A stretch of DNA of 64,000 bases, from assembly GCA_964482515.1 (NCBI GenBank), contig CAYZXT010000001.1:169373-233372 (forward strand), written 5' to 3'. Below are positions 48,725-57,497 of the stretch, piece after piece. Below the pieces are notes generated by a model. That model searched no databases. It was not told the DNA's origin and worked only from the letters and a program-made list of their open reading frames with translations. The DNA is from an uncultured Elusimicrobia bacterium. Lineage in GTDB: Bacteria; Elusimicrobiota; Elusimicrobia; FEN-1173. Positions within the stretch are counted from its first letter, which is position 1. The number at the start of each line of letters is the position of its first letter. A program made the position numbers and the translations under genes.

Positions 48725-49271
48725 GCCGCTCCTCGTTTTTCTGCTGGCCGCGGGGTTGACCTCCTGCCGCCCCGCGCCGTCCACGCCGCCTCCCGCGGCA
48801 AAAGGCCCTCTCCCGGATCAGACCATGCGCGATTTTTCCTTGAACAATTACATGAAGGGCCAATTGGATTGGGCGCTGACGGCCCCCCACGCGGACATCT
48901 TCGAACTCGAGCACCGGGTCGAAATGGAGCGGCCGTTCATCCAGTTCTATAAGGATGCCGAGAAAAGCTCCACGCTGGAGTCCATGCGCGGGCGCATCAA
49001 CACGGAGAGCAAGGACATGTGGGCCTGGGACAGCGTCGTGATGACGTCCACCGACGGCGCCCGCCTGACCTCGGACTGGATGCAGTACGTGAGCGCCCTC
49101 GACCGCATTCAGTCCACGGCGCCCGTCACCATCACCCGCGGCGGGTCCGTGACCAACGGCGTGGGATGGGAGGCCAAACCGGACCTGTCGCAGATCGTGA
49201 TCCACAAGCAGACGATGGAGATCACGCCGGAAGACATGCCAAGCCGCCGCCGGTCGGGGAAAAAGAAGTGA
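48708..49271 (+). CDS. lptC: LPS export system protein LptC (apparently lipoprotein-anchored)
   Basis: TTG start. N-terminus LLVFLLAAGLTSC has a lipobox-like LTSC. The rest matches the LptC/DUF1239 beta-jellyroll pattern (...TSTDGARLTSDWMQY...APVTITRGGSVTNGVGWEAKPD...). Confidence 0.7.
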   Translation: MRIPRRPLLVFLLAAGLTSCRPAPSTPPPAAKGPLPDQTMRDFSLNNYMKGQLDWALTAPHADIFELEHRVEMERPFIQFYKDAEKSSTLESMRGRINTESKDMWAWDSVVMTSTDGARLTSDWMQYVSALDRIQSTAPVTITRGGSVTNGVGWEAKPDLSQIVIHKQTMEITPEDMPSRRRSGKKK

Positions 49272-50179
49272 ACCGGGCGGCGCTCCGCCGGACCGCGTTC
49301 ATCGCGGCCGTTTCGCTGTTGTTCGGAACAGGCGGCCTGCTTTTTGCGGCCAGCGCGGTCTTGGCGCCTAGGGACGGCAGGTCCGAAGACGGCCGGCCCG
49401 CGCCGAAAACCATCATCACCGGCAGCCGCATGAACCTCCTCAACAAAGGCGACGCCGTGGAGTTCGTGGGAGGCGTCAAGGTCGTCCGCGGCAACGATTC
49501 CCTGTCCGCCGACAGGGTCCTTTCGGAGGAAAAGAAGGGGTTGGTCCACGCCTGGGGGAACGTTTATCTCCGTCGCAACGTTCCCGAGGAGAACATCAAA
49601 CTGGAAGCCTGGTCCCAGGAAGCGGCCTATAACACCGACACCAGTTCCGCCACGTTGCGGAACAAGGGGTCGCAGGCCAAGCTGAGGCGCTCCGATCTGT
49701 CTTCGGACGGAGAGCGGTTGTCGAAGACGTCCTACTTGGAAATGAAGGCCGTGCGCATGACGTTTTTTGAATCGACGGACCCCCGGCCCTCCGCGGTCAT
49801 GGGATATCCTCTGGTTTCAACCGCGCCCGTCGCCGCGAGCACGTCGACTTTCGGCGCCATGGAGGCCCAGGGCGACGTTTATGTGTTCTCCCAGGAAGTG
49901 TCGACGTCCGCGCCGACGAAGAAAACCGAGATCTGGGCGACCGAATCATTTTTTGAGGGGCGGGGCCGGCGGGCCGTTTTCTGGAATAAAGACGGCGGGA
50001 GCGCGGCTTTTCCCTTTCCCCGCGCGCGTCAGGAGGAAGACGACGCCGTCCGGAACCTCAAAGGGGAAACGCTGATTTATCATATGGACGACCAGCGGCT
50101 GGTCGTCCAAGGGCGCGTTTCGGCGGAGATGTGGACGCCGAAAAAATCCACGGACACGATGAAGAAAGAAGGACGGTGA
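49268..50179 (+). CDS. lptA: LPS export periplasmic protein LptA (OstA-like N-terminal domain) with extended C-terminal region
   Basis: GTG start overlapping the lptC stop (GTGA). Signal/TM, then the OstA_N beta-jellyroll pattern (ITGSRMNLLNKGDAVEFVGGVKVVRGNDSLSADRV...). About 300 aa, longer than E. coli LptA. Confidence 0.7.
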   Translation: MNRAALRRTAFIAAVSLLFGTGGLLFAASAVLAPRDGRSEDGRPAPKTIITGSRMNLLNKGDAVEFVGGVKVVRGNDSLSADRVLSEEKKGLVHAWGNVYLRRNVPEENIKLEAWSQEAAYNTDTSSATLRNKGSQAKLRRSDLSSDGERLSKTSYLEMKAVRMTFFESTDPRPSAVMGYPLVSTAPVAASTSTFGAMEAQGDVYVFSQEVSTSAPTKKTEIWATESFFEGRGRRAVFWNKDGGSAAFPFPRARQEEDDAVRNLKGETLIYHMDDQRLVVQGRVSAEMWTPKKSTDTMKKEGR

Positions 50180-50907
50180 GCGGCATGGGACTTCGCGCGA
50201 GCAATTTAAAGAAAACCTACGGCCTGAAGACCGTGGTCAACGGCGTAAGCCTGGAAGTGAACCCGGGCGAGATCGTCGGACTGCTGGGCCCCAACGGCGC
50301 GGGCAAAACCACGTCGTTCTACATGATCGTCGGGTTGATCCCGCCGGACGCTGGGAGCATTTTCATCGACGACCTGGAGGTGACGGACCTTCCGATGTAC
50401 CGGAGGGCCCGGTCCGGCCTCGGCTACCTTTGCCAGGAACCCTCGATCTTCCGGAAAATGACCGTCGAGGACAACCTGAACGCCATCCTGGAGCATCTTC
50501 CCTTGACGAAGCAGGAACAGAACGAAAAGCGGGAAAAGCTCTTGGAGGACCTGGGCCTGACCCGCCTACGCAAGCAGATGGCCTACACCCTTTCGGGCGG
50601 CGAGAAGCGGCGCACGGAGATCGCCCGCGCGCTCACGACCGATCCACAGTACCTGCTTTTGGACGAGCCCTTCGTCGGCATCGACCCGGTGGCGGTGAAC
50701 GACATACAGGAAGTCCTCGGCTCCTTGAAAAAAATGGGCCTCGGGCTCCTCATCACCGACCACAACGTCCAGGCGACCTTGGAAATCGTGGACCGGGCCT
50801 CCATCATCCACGGCGGCCAGATTTTGGTGCAGGGCAGCGCCAGCGATCTCTTGAACTCCGCCGAGGCCCGGAGAGTTTACTTAGGGGAAAAATTCCGCCT
50901 CACGTAG
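50176..50907 (+). CDS. lptB: LPS export ABC transporter ATP-binding protein LptB
   Basis: Walker A GPNGAGKTTSF, signature LSGGEKRRTEIARAL, Walker B LLLDEPFVGID. GTG 50176 (GTGA overlap) or ATG 50185. Confidence 0.92.
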   Translation: MSGMGLRASNLKKTYGLKTVVNGVSLEVNPGEIVGLLGPNGAGKTTSFYMIVGLIPPDAGSIFIDDLEVTDLPMYRRARSGLGYLCQEPSIFRKMTVEDNLNAILEHLPLTKQEQNEKREKLLEDLGLTRLRKQMAYTLSGGEKRRTEIARALTTDPQYLLLDEPFVGIDPVAVNDIQEVLGSLKKMGLGLLITDHNVQATLEIVDRASIIHGGQILVQGSASDLLNSAEARRVYLGEKFRLT

Positions 50908-51012
50908 GCAGCCCAGAGAAAAAATTGAGGAAGAATTCCCGCTGATTTATCGACGTAAAATCAGTTTACAATTGTTACAAGTGACTTATGACACAGTCTT
51001 TTCATGCAATCA

Positions 51013-51041
51013 TTGACATAGGGGTTTCGTGGGACTACACT
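51013..51041 (+). promoter_or_regulatory. Sigma70-like promoter for the pilin-like three-gene island
   Basis: TTGACA-17 nt-TACACT located 42 nt upstream of ATG 51083, in a 175-nt AT-rich spacer after lptB. Confidence 0.45.
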
Positions 51042-51082
51042 TGTTGAGACGAAGGGGTAAAATCCGTTTACACAGGTCGCCC

Positions 51083-52423
51083 ATGTCTAAAGCCGCTAAC
51101 TCAATGTTTTTGCGATTGCTCGCTCTCTTTAATCCGACCGGTCCGGGTCGGTCGAATTTATTCCGCCCTGTCGCCGCAGAGACCGGCTCCGTCGTCGTTC
51201 TCATTGTCATGCTCATCAGCCTCCTGGCTTTTATTCCCGTCGGGACTCAGTTGGTGAAGATGGCCCGCCAAAATATCGGGCTTCAGCTGCATTCCACCGT
51301 CCAAGCCGACAACGTGGCCCGCGCCGGCTTGACGGACGCCGTCGCCTGGTTCCGCCGCCAAACAACCCAACCTGTGCGGAATTTGGGAACCCCCTATCCG
51401 GACGCGGCATTCGCCCCGGTCGACAGTGGCGACCCCGACGACACCGACACGATAGATGCGGCCATCGGACTGGTGAAGGAATACGACTTGGGAGAATCGA
51501 ACAACCTCTGGGCGCGTTATGAAGTGCGGCGCCAGGCTGTGGACAACGTTGCCGATCCCTCGGCCAACGATCCGCACGCCGTGCACGACATCACGCTCCT
51601 GCGCTTGCAAGGGTCGACCGATACATTGAACGGCGGGGGGCTGGCCTGGTATATCGAAAGCGTGGGGTATGTTTATCGCCGAAGGGACCCGTCCGTGGCT
51701 TACAACGTCGCTCCCAACGAGATCGTCGGCCGGTCGCGCGTGGCCACGGAAATCCGGCGCGTCGCCTTGAACCGCGCGGAAGCCAACGCCGCGGTGGTGA
51801 TCACCAGCCGCGGCAGCGGCACCATCAATACCAATTGCCGGGTCGTGGGGGGCAGCACCGCCTACGGCGTCGCCTATTGCGGCGGCTCCGGCGGGACATG
51901 GGGGAACTCATCCACGCCTGTGCGCACGTCGGGAACCACGGCGTGGAATTACAGCATCACGTCGGGCGCCTTCAATACGAGCTTGGACATTCAGTCTCTC
52001 TTCGGCGTGACCCCCTATGAGCTGAAGCTCATGGCGGACTACAGCGTGTCCACCGTTGCCCAATTGCCGAGCGATTATCCATCGGCGTCCTTGGTTTTCA
52101 TCGACGGTCCGGCGACGTTCGACGACCCTCGTCCCTTAAGGGGCGGCGGGATTCTCTTCGTCAACGGCAACCTCACTCTCTCCGGCTTGAGCACCAACAC
52201 CCATATTTTCAGCGGGCTGATCTATGTCAACGGCAACTGCACCATCACCGGGCCCGCCACGATCTCGGGAACGCTCTGGGTGACGGGCAGCCTCACGATG
52301 AGTGGCGGCAGCGACGTCGCGGAAGTCCTTTTTGACGGCGATATCCTGACCGCCGTCCAACAGCAGGTGGGCCAGTACCGCGAGAACAAGTCCGCCTATC
52401 ACGTTTTCTCGGCGCAAAAATGA
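51083..52423 (+). CDS. PilX/GspK-like pilus-associated protein (N-terminal hydrophobic PilX_N-like segment, C-terminal parallel-beta-repeat region)
   Basis: Start moved to ATG 51083 because ORF-track ATG 51029 lies inside the predicted promoter. N-terminus GSVVVLIVMLISLLAFIPVGTQLVKMARQNIGLQLHSTVQADNVARAGLTDAVAWFRR parallels the PilX/GspK N-terminal architecture, with no G/FxxxE cleavage motif. C-terminal repeats GGGILFVNGNLTLSG / GLIYVNGNCTITG / GTLWVTGSLTMSGG. Confidence 0.6.
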   Translation: MSKAANSMFLRLLALFNPTGPGRSNLFRPVAAETGSVVVLIVMLISLLAFIPVGTQLVKMARQNIGLQLHSTVQADNVARAGLTDAVAWFRRQTTQPVRNLGTPYPDAAFAPVDSGDPDDTDTIDAAIGLVKEYDLGESNNLWARYEVRRQAVDNVADPSANDPHAVHDITLLRLQGSTDTLNGGGLAWYIESVGYVYRRRDPSVAYNVAPNEIVGRSRVATEIRRVALNRAEANAAVVITSRGSGTINTNCRVVGGSTAYGVAYCGGSGGTWGNSSTPVRTSGTTAWNYSITSGAFNTSLDIQSLFGVTPYELKLMADYSVSTVAQLPSDYPSASLVFIDGPATFDDPRPLRGGGILFVNGNLTLSGLSTNTHIFSGLIYVNGNCTITGPATISGTLWVTGSLTMSGGSDVAEVLFDGDILTAVQQQVGQYRENKSAYHVFSAQK

Positions 52424-55400
52424 AAAATAAACGTCCCGCTCATCTCGGCGAAAAAGGGTTCACCCTGGTGGAGGTCGTCATCGCCATGGTCGTCCTAAGC
52501 GTTGTGGCATTGGGCAGCATGAAGGCTTTCTGGTTCATCAGCCAGCAAAACGTGATCGTGAACAAGCGGTCTTTCGCGGCTCAAAAAGCCGTTCAGATGA
52601 TCGAGGAACTCAGGGGCCTCATCGCGGACGCGGACACGGAGATCGGGGTCCTCGATAACTACGACAACGGCAGCGGCTATAAATACACCTTGTCGACCCG
52701 TTCGGAAGTGAATGCGAACCTCTCCACGGTCGACCCCGGCGATCTGCCGGGCGATCCCATCAGCGGAAACAGCGGATTGAAATTCAAGCGCCAAGTCCGC
52801 GTGCTGCAGATGCCGAACGAAGAGTTGGCCCGGCGGGTCTATGTGCGCGTTTACGATAGCGGGAACAACGAAGTCCTCGCCGAGACCGTCAGCGTGTTGC
52901 GCAGCGTCCGAAACCAGTTCTATCCCACCCAGGAGTACGATGTCTATGTCCTCAGCCTGGAAAACGTTCCGGGGTGGTGGAGCGCCTTGTCCACCCTTCA
53001 GCCCACGTTCGACAGCATGGTGGAGGACCTGAAGGTCCGCAATCCGGGGCTTAACCTGAGGGTCCATTACATCACCCGATTGGCCTACGGGCGCGACCCG
53101 TTTTACATGCCGTACACCAACGACGCCACGCGCGCGGACAACGTCGCGTCACCCTGGGTTTATTTCTATCCGGGCAACGTGGATCGACCCAGTGTCGGGG
53201 ATTTTTATTATTACGTGCCTGACGGGTTCCAGGGGCGGATCAACATAGACGGCACAGTCGTCAACCCGAATTCGTACAGCATCGCCGATCAATACAACCA
53301 GGCGGTGCGCTATCCGGATGAGGAGTCCCTCTATGCTGCGGCGGTGGCTTCGGCCGCGGCCACCGGCACGACGGCGCCTGAAATCAGTTTGCGCATGCTG
53401 TGGGAGCGCATGATCACAAGCTCGGACACCTATCGCAACCTGTTCGTGGTGAACCTGCACGGAGAGCTGCTGCCTTTGCCGCCCATGCGCAACTATTCGG
53501 ACGCGGCGAAGGCGCCGATGGTTTCCACATACACCAACGTCCGCGCTGTGACCCACCCCGAAAGGTTGCAGTATGCCTCCGGCAGCCAGGTGAACCTGCG
53601 CGTGTACACGTACGTGATGGATCCTACCAATGCGGCATGGACGGATACTTCTTCCACTACACTGAACATCCTGATCAGCACGCCGCTCATTTCGGGCAAC
53701 GTCACCGTCCGGAAAGTCACCGGCAATTCCGGCGCAAATTACGCATGGGGAGCCGCCTCGGCCGGCACCGATTATGTCTTTTCAAATCCGACGCCTGCCA
53801 CCACCCTCATCACTCTTTTCAACAGTCCTCTCAGACATGCCGAGGCCGGCAACGGGACAGGTCTTCGCTCAACGCACCGTTTGCACGGCCTGGAATATAT
53901 TCCAAGTCCGCTGGCCGGTAGCGGGGCTTCCTTCGCGGAAGGAGACAAGGACCTGGCGGATCCGGACGACGACGATGATCCCCATAACACCGCCCGCTGG
54001 GTGATCCAAATCGCCGCCGGCGCTTTGAGCAATGGGATGCATACCTTTGAAACCCGCCTGGGCGACGATTACACCACGGGCACTTCCACCAACCAGCCTA
54101 CGAATATTTCCCGCACCTATACGTGGGTGGGAACCACGGCGCCCGCGACGGAAAAATATCAGTTCATGGGCGATCCCCGCCATATGCCCTATGTCGATGT
54201 CAAGGCTGAGCTGGGATACAATTGGTACTTCAACAATGCCACCTTCGTGTCTGGCGATTACCCGGGCTATACCAACGTCCAGAACCGTTGGAACGGGACG
54301 GCGAACGTGGACATCCCGCGCTACATGCAGGCCCTGCGCACCGGGCTCATGAACGCAGAAGGGATTTGGACCAGCATGACGGGTTTTTCCAATTACTATG
54401 TGGGGCTGGGCGGCGAGATCGGTTATGACGCCTCCAACGGGTTCTCCAACAGCATCGATATCGTGGGAACGCCTTGGAACAACGCGGGCACCATCGGCGT
54501 CCAGGAAATCACCAGCGGGGCCGGTTCTTCCTCCGAGAACTATTCCCGGATCATTTCCAGCGATAACAACAACTGGTGGGGACTTTACTGGCTGGGCGAA
54601 CTCTACCCGGACAGCGCCTACTCCCTTTGGAGTTCCAGCGGGAACCTTCCCGTGGGCACTAACCAATATTACCGGCGACGCTTCAACGGAGTGACCGGAT
54701 TCGCCGCAAGCGAAGTCCAGAAGCGCCTCTCCGAGAGAGGCTCCTCGTCTTTCTTCAACGGGAACCCGTCCGGGAACGACAGTTCCTGGTTCAACCACCA
54801 GTACCGGGACGGCAACGGCGCGACCCTGACCGTCATCGGATCGACGGTGGCCGCGGACTTCAACTTTCCGCTTTTAAGCAGCATGAACGCCGACCGGCCT
54901 TTTCTGTTGAACATGACCGACACGAGCCGCCGGCCGGACGAGTGGAACCTGGCGCCCTACAACGTGACGTCCGGAGCGTCGCGGCAGCGGACCACGCTCA
55001 GCACCTTCGAAACGTGGTACGAAACGACCGGATATACATCGACGGAAGATTCCAGCGCTTTGCTCAGGTTCCACCTGGGAGCTGGCACGCGCGTGGGCAA
55101 CGTGGTCATGAACGGCCTTTCGCCCACCGGCAGTTTCGGCAACTCCCAGATCGCCAAACTTTGTTTAACCAACCAGCTTCGGGCCTTCATGACCCTCGGC
55201 AGCCCCGCCGCGACCCAGGGGGCCATCGCGCAAGTGCCGTTGGTGTCCATCACTTCGCCGACCGTGTCCAGCGAGCTTCCTCTCACTGTTACGAGCATCA
55301 ACGTAACCTGGTCCACCGCCTGGACGCGTTGGGACGGCGCCCCTTACACGAGCGCTTATGCGGGGTATGCGTCGCCGCCCGGCATGGGGTATAATGTGAA

Positions 55401-55617
55401 ATATTCGGTCGACAACGGCCAAACCTGGAGGTTCGTCAACACGGGGCTTTCGGCGACAGCCGGCGTTTACTCCGCCGCGAATGCGGTCACTAGCCCGGTC
55501 ACCTGGGACGTGTCGGCCTTCGGCGCCGGGACCTATATACTACGCGTAGAAGGCTATCGAAACAACTTGCCCATGCATTATTCCCACCATCAAAGAAGGG
55601 TGTACATCCGGCGTTAG
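52420..55617 (+). CDS. Giant (1065 aa) prepilin-type protein: class III signal + N-methylation motif followed by ~1000-aa extracellular region with an Asp-box (BNR) motif
   Basis: ATGA overlap with the upstream gene. Leader MKNKRPAHLGEK-G/FTLVEVVIAMVVLSVVALG (Gly-1, Glu+5). Very Asn/Ser/Thr/Gly/Tyr/Trp-rich body. Asp-box SVDNGQTW near the C-terminus. Confidence 0.75.
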   Translation: MKNKRPAHLGEKGFTLVEVVIAMVVLSVVALGSMKAFWFISQQNVIVNKRSFAAQKAVQMIEELRGLIADADTEIGVLDNYDNGSGYKYTLSTRSEVNANLSTVDPGDLPGDPISGNSGLKFKRQVRVLQMPNEELARRVYVRVYDSGNNEVLAETVSVLRSVRNQFYPTQEYDVYVLSLENVPGWWSALSTLQPTFDSMVEDLKVRNPGLNLRVHYITRLAYGRDPFYMPYTNDATRADNVASPWVYFYPGNVDRPSVGDFYYYVPDGFQGRINIDGTVVNPNSYSIADQYNQAVRYPDEESLYAAAVASAAATGTTAPEISLRMLWERMITSSDTYRNLFVVNLHGELLPLPPMRNYSDAAKAPMVSTYTNVRAVTHPERLQYASGSQVNLRVYTYVMDPTNAAWTDTSSTTLNILISTPLISGNVTVRKVTGNSGANYAWGAASAGTDYVFSNPTPATTLITLFNSPLRHAEAGNGTGLRSTHRLHGLEYIPSPLAGSGASFAEGDKDLADPDDDDDPHNTARWVIQIAAGALSNGMHTFETRLGDDYTTGTSTNQPTNISRTYTWVGTTAPATEKYQFMGDPRHMPYVDVKAELGYNWYFNNATFVSGDYPGYTNVQNRWNGTANVDIPRYMQALRTGLMNAEGIWTSMTGFSNYYVGLGGEIGYDASNGFSNSIDIVGTPWNNAGTIGVQEITSGAGSSSENYSRIISSDNNNWWGLYWLGELYPDSAYSLWSSSGNLPVGTNQYYRRRFNGVTGFAASEVQKRLSERGSSSFFNGNPSGNDSSWFNHQYRDGNGATLTVIGSTVAADFNFPLLSSMNADRPFLLNMTDTSRRPDEWNLAPYNVTSGASRQRTTLSTFETWYETTGYTSTEDSSALLRFHLGAGTRVGNVVMNGLSPTGSFGNSQIAKLCLTNQLRAFMTLGSPAATQGAIAQVPLVSITSPTVSSELPLTVTSINVTWSTAWTRWDGAPYTSAYAGYASPPGMGYNVKYSVDNGQTWRFVNTGLSATAGVYSAANAVTSPVTWDVSAFGAGTYILRVEGYRNNLPMHYSHHQRRVYIRR

Positions 55618-55626
55618 GCCCATCCC

Positions 55627-56697
55627 ATGTCGACTTTCCGGATTTTCTTAAAAAAAACATTCAAATCCATTACGCGGATTGCCGGCGGCGAGCGGGGAAT
55701 CACCTTCGTGGAAGTTCTAATCACGGGCGCGCTGGTCGCCGTCCTGGTTTTGTCCGTTGTGCCGCTCTTCAATGTCACCAGCCGGGGTTTCACCAGTTTG
55801 GAGGTCAATACCGTGCTTTCCTCGGGATCGCAGGCGGCGCTGAACAAAATACAGCACCGGCTCGTGGAAAGCAAGCGGATATTCGGCAACACCGCCAGCG
55901 ACAACGCCTTCCTGGCCAAAGTGACGTTCAGCGGCGCTCCCTCCGTTTTGTCGGGCAGCAAGTTGCCGGTAATTGTTTCTACGGCATCCATTTCACCGAG
56001 CAGCGCGACGTTCAACGCTGCCAACGTGGGGAACAGCCTTTTTTTCGCGAGCTTGGACTCCACGGCGGATTTCGACGACATCGCCGTGTCCGGCGGTACG
56101 CAGGGAATCCGGATCGATACCTATGTCTTCAATTATTACTACCTCAGCCCTGATTCGTCCCAAACCATCGGCGGAAGCGCCGTGAGGCGATTGTGGGAAT
56201 GGCACAGCGTCCGCTACGCTGACTACATACAGATCGTGAATATCACCGACACGACGAAACGCACAAACACCATCACAGCCCTTAAAAATTCCGGGATAGA
56301 TTATGCGTGGTGTTCTTCGGCCACCGTTGCGACATCCGCTTTCTACACTTTAACCGCCGGCAACGCGAACCCCGGAGCCAGTTCGGGTCATTCGATCCCC
56401 AAAGCCTCCGGCAGTAATTCCCAGAAAAATATGCTTCAGTTGGTCCGCGGCGTCACCACGGGCGGCTTCCGTTATTCCGTATCGCCCAACACCAGCGGGA
56501 GTTTCAACCCGAAACATACCGTGCCGGTATACGGCATGGCGTCGGGGAATTTTCCTTCGGGGTTTGAGGTGCTGGTCGTGGGCCCCAGCGGTACCCGGCA
56601 GGTGTTCATGCGCCTTGTGCTGGCAGCCCAGGGTAGTTTCAAAGGATTCCTGTCAAACGATCAGACGGTGCTGGTGACGACGAGGGATGTGTGGTGA
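55627..56697 (+). CDS. Pilin/pseudopilin-like protein (356 aa) with long leader
   Basis: ...ITRIAGGERG/ITFVEVLITGALVAVLVLSVV (Gly-1, Glu+5) after a 24-aa leader. Ser/Thr/Gly/Asn-rich beta-type C-terminal domain. Confidence 0.65.
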   Translation: MSTFRIFLKKTFKSITRIAGGERGITFVEVLITGALVAVLVLSVVPLFNVTSRGFTSLEVNTVLSSGSQAALNKIQHRLVESKRIFGNTASDNAFLAKVTFSGAPSVLSGSKLPVIVSTASISPSSATFNAANVGNSLFFASLDSTADFDDIAVSGGTQGIRIDTYVFNYYYLSPDSSQTIGGSAVRRLWEWHSVRYADYIQIVNITDTTKRTNTITALKNSGIDYAWCSSATVATSAFYTLTAGNANPGASSGHSIPKASGSNSQKNMLQLVRGVTTGGFRYSVSPNTSGSFNPKHTVPVYGMASGNFPSGFEVLVVGPSGTRQVFMRLVLAAQGSFKGFLSNDQTVLVTTRDVW

Positions 56698-57422
56698 GCC
56701 AAATCACCTACGGAACGGCCTTCGCGGCGGGCATCATTTCATTCCTCTCCCCATGCGTTTTGCCCCTTGTGCCGGGATACATTTCCTTCATCTCGGGACT
56801 CTCGCTTGATGAGTTGACGAAAACCCAGGATCGCGCGGCTGTGAACCGGAGGACGGCCGTGGGCTCCATCGCTTTCACGCTTGGATTCGCTTCGGTGTTC
56901 ACGGCGCTGGGCGCTTCCGCGTCGGTGGTGGGCCAATGGTTGTTCGACTATCAGGCCGTCCTGAGCAAGATTGCCGGCGCGATCATTTTCTTCTTCGGGC
57001 TGCACACCATGGGCGTCCTTCCGATAAAGTGGCTTTATTATGAAAAGCGGTTCCAGGCGAACAAGACGGCGCCGGGCGCCGTGGGCGCTTTCGTGATGGG
57101 ACTGGCCTTTGCTTTCGGTTGGACGCCCTGCATCGGCCCCATCCTCGCCGGTATCCTGGCGCTAGCCGCGACGCAAGACACGGTGGCTCAAGGAACGATG
57201 CTGCTCTTCGTGTATTCCATGGGATTGGGGATCCCTTTCATCCTGACCGGTTTTGGTGTCAACACGTTCCTCCGCTTCTTCGCGCGCTACAAGCGGTTCA
57301 TCCGCTGGGGGGAGATCGCGGCCGGGTTTCTGCTGGTGGCCATCGGCGTCCTGATTTTCTTCAACCGCCTCACCGTGCTCATCAATTACCTGCCCGACTC
57401 CTTCATGCGCTTCGCCCGCTGA
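56691..57422 (+). CDS. ccdA: Cytochrome c-type biogenesis / thiol:disulfide interchange membrane protein CcdA (DsbD beta-domain family)
   Basis: Two conserved Cys in TM1 and TM4 (FLSPCVLPLVPGY...; GWTPCIGPILAGIL). 6 TM. Confidence 0.85.
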   Translation: MVSQITYGTAFAAGIISFLSPCVLPLVPGYISFISGLSLDELTKTQDRAAVNRRTAVGSIAFTLGFASVFTALGASASVVGQWLFDYQAVLSKIAGAIIFFFGLHTMGVLPIKWLYYEKRFQANKTAPGAVGAFVMGLAFAFGWTPCIGPILAGILALAATQDTVAQGTMLLFVYSMGLGIPFILTGFGVNTFLRFFARYKRFIRWGEIAAGFLLVAIGVLIFFNRLTVLINYLPDSFMRFAR

Positions 57423-57497
57423 CCGTTCCGCCGCTTTACCCGCCTTTCTTTCCTTACTAAAATAGTTTTCATCCCTTTCCCGCGAGGCTGCTCGACC

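Noticed and set aside
51029-51082. ORF-track start ATG 51029 for the PilX-like gene
   Set aside because: This ATG falls between the -35 and -10 of the best promoter candidate (TTGACA-17-TACACT). The first ATG downstream of the promoter is 51083.
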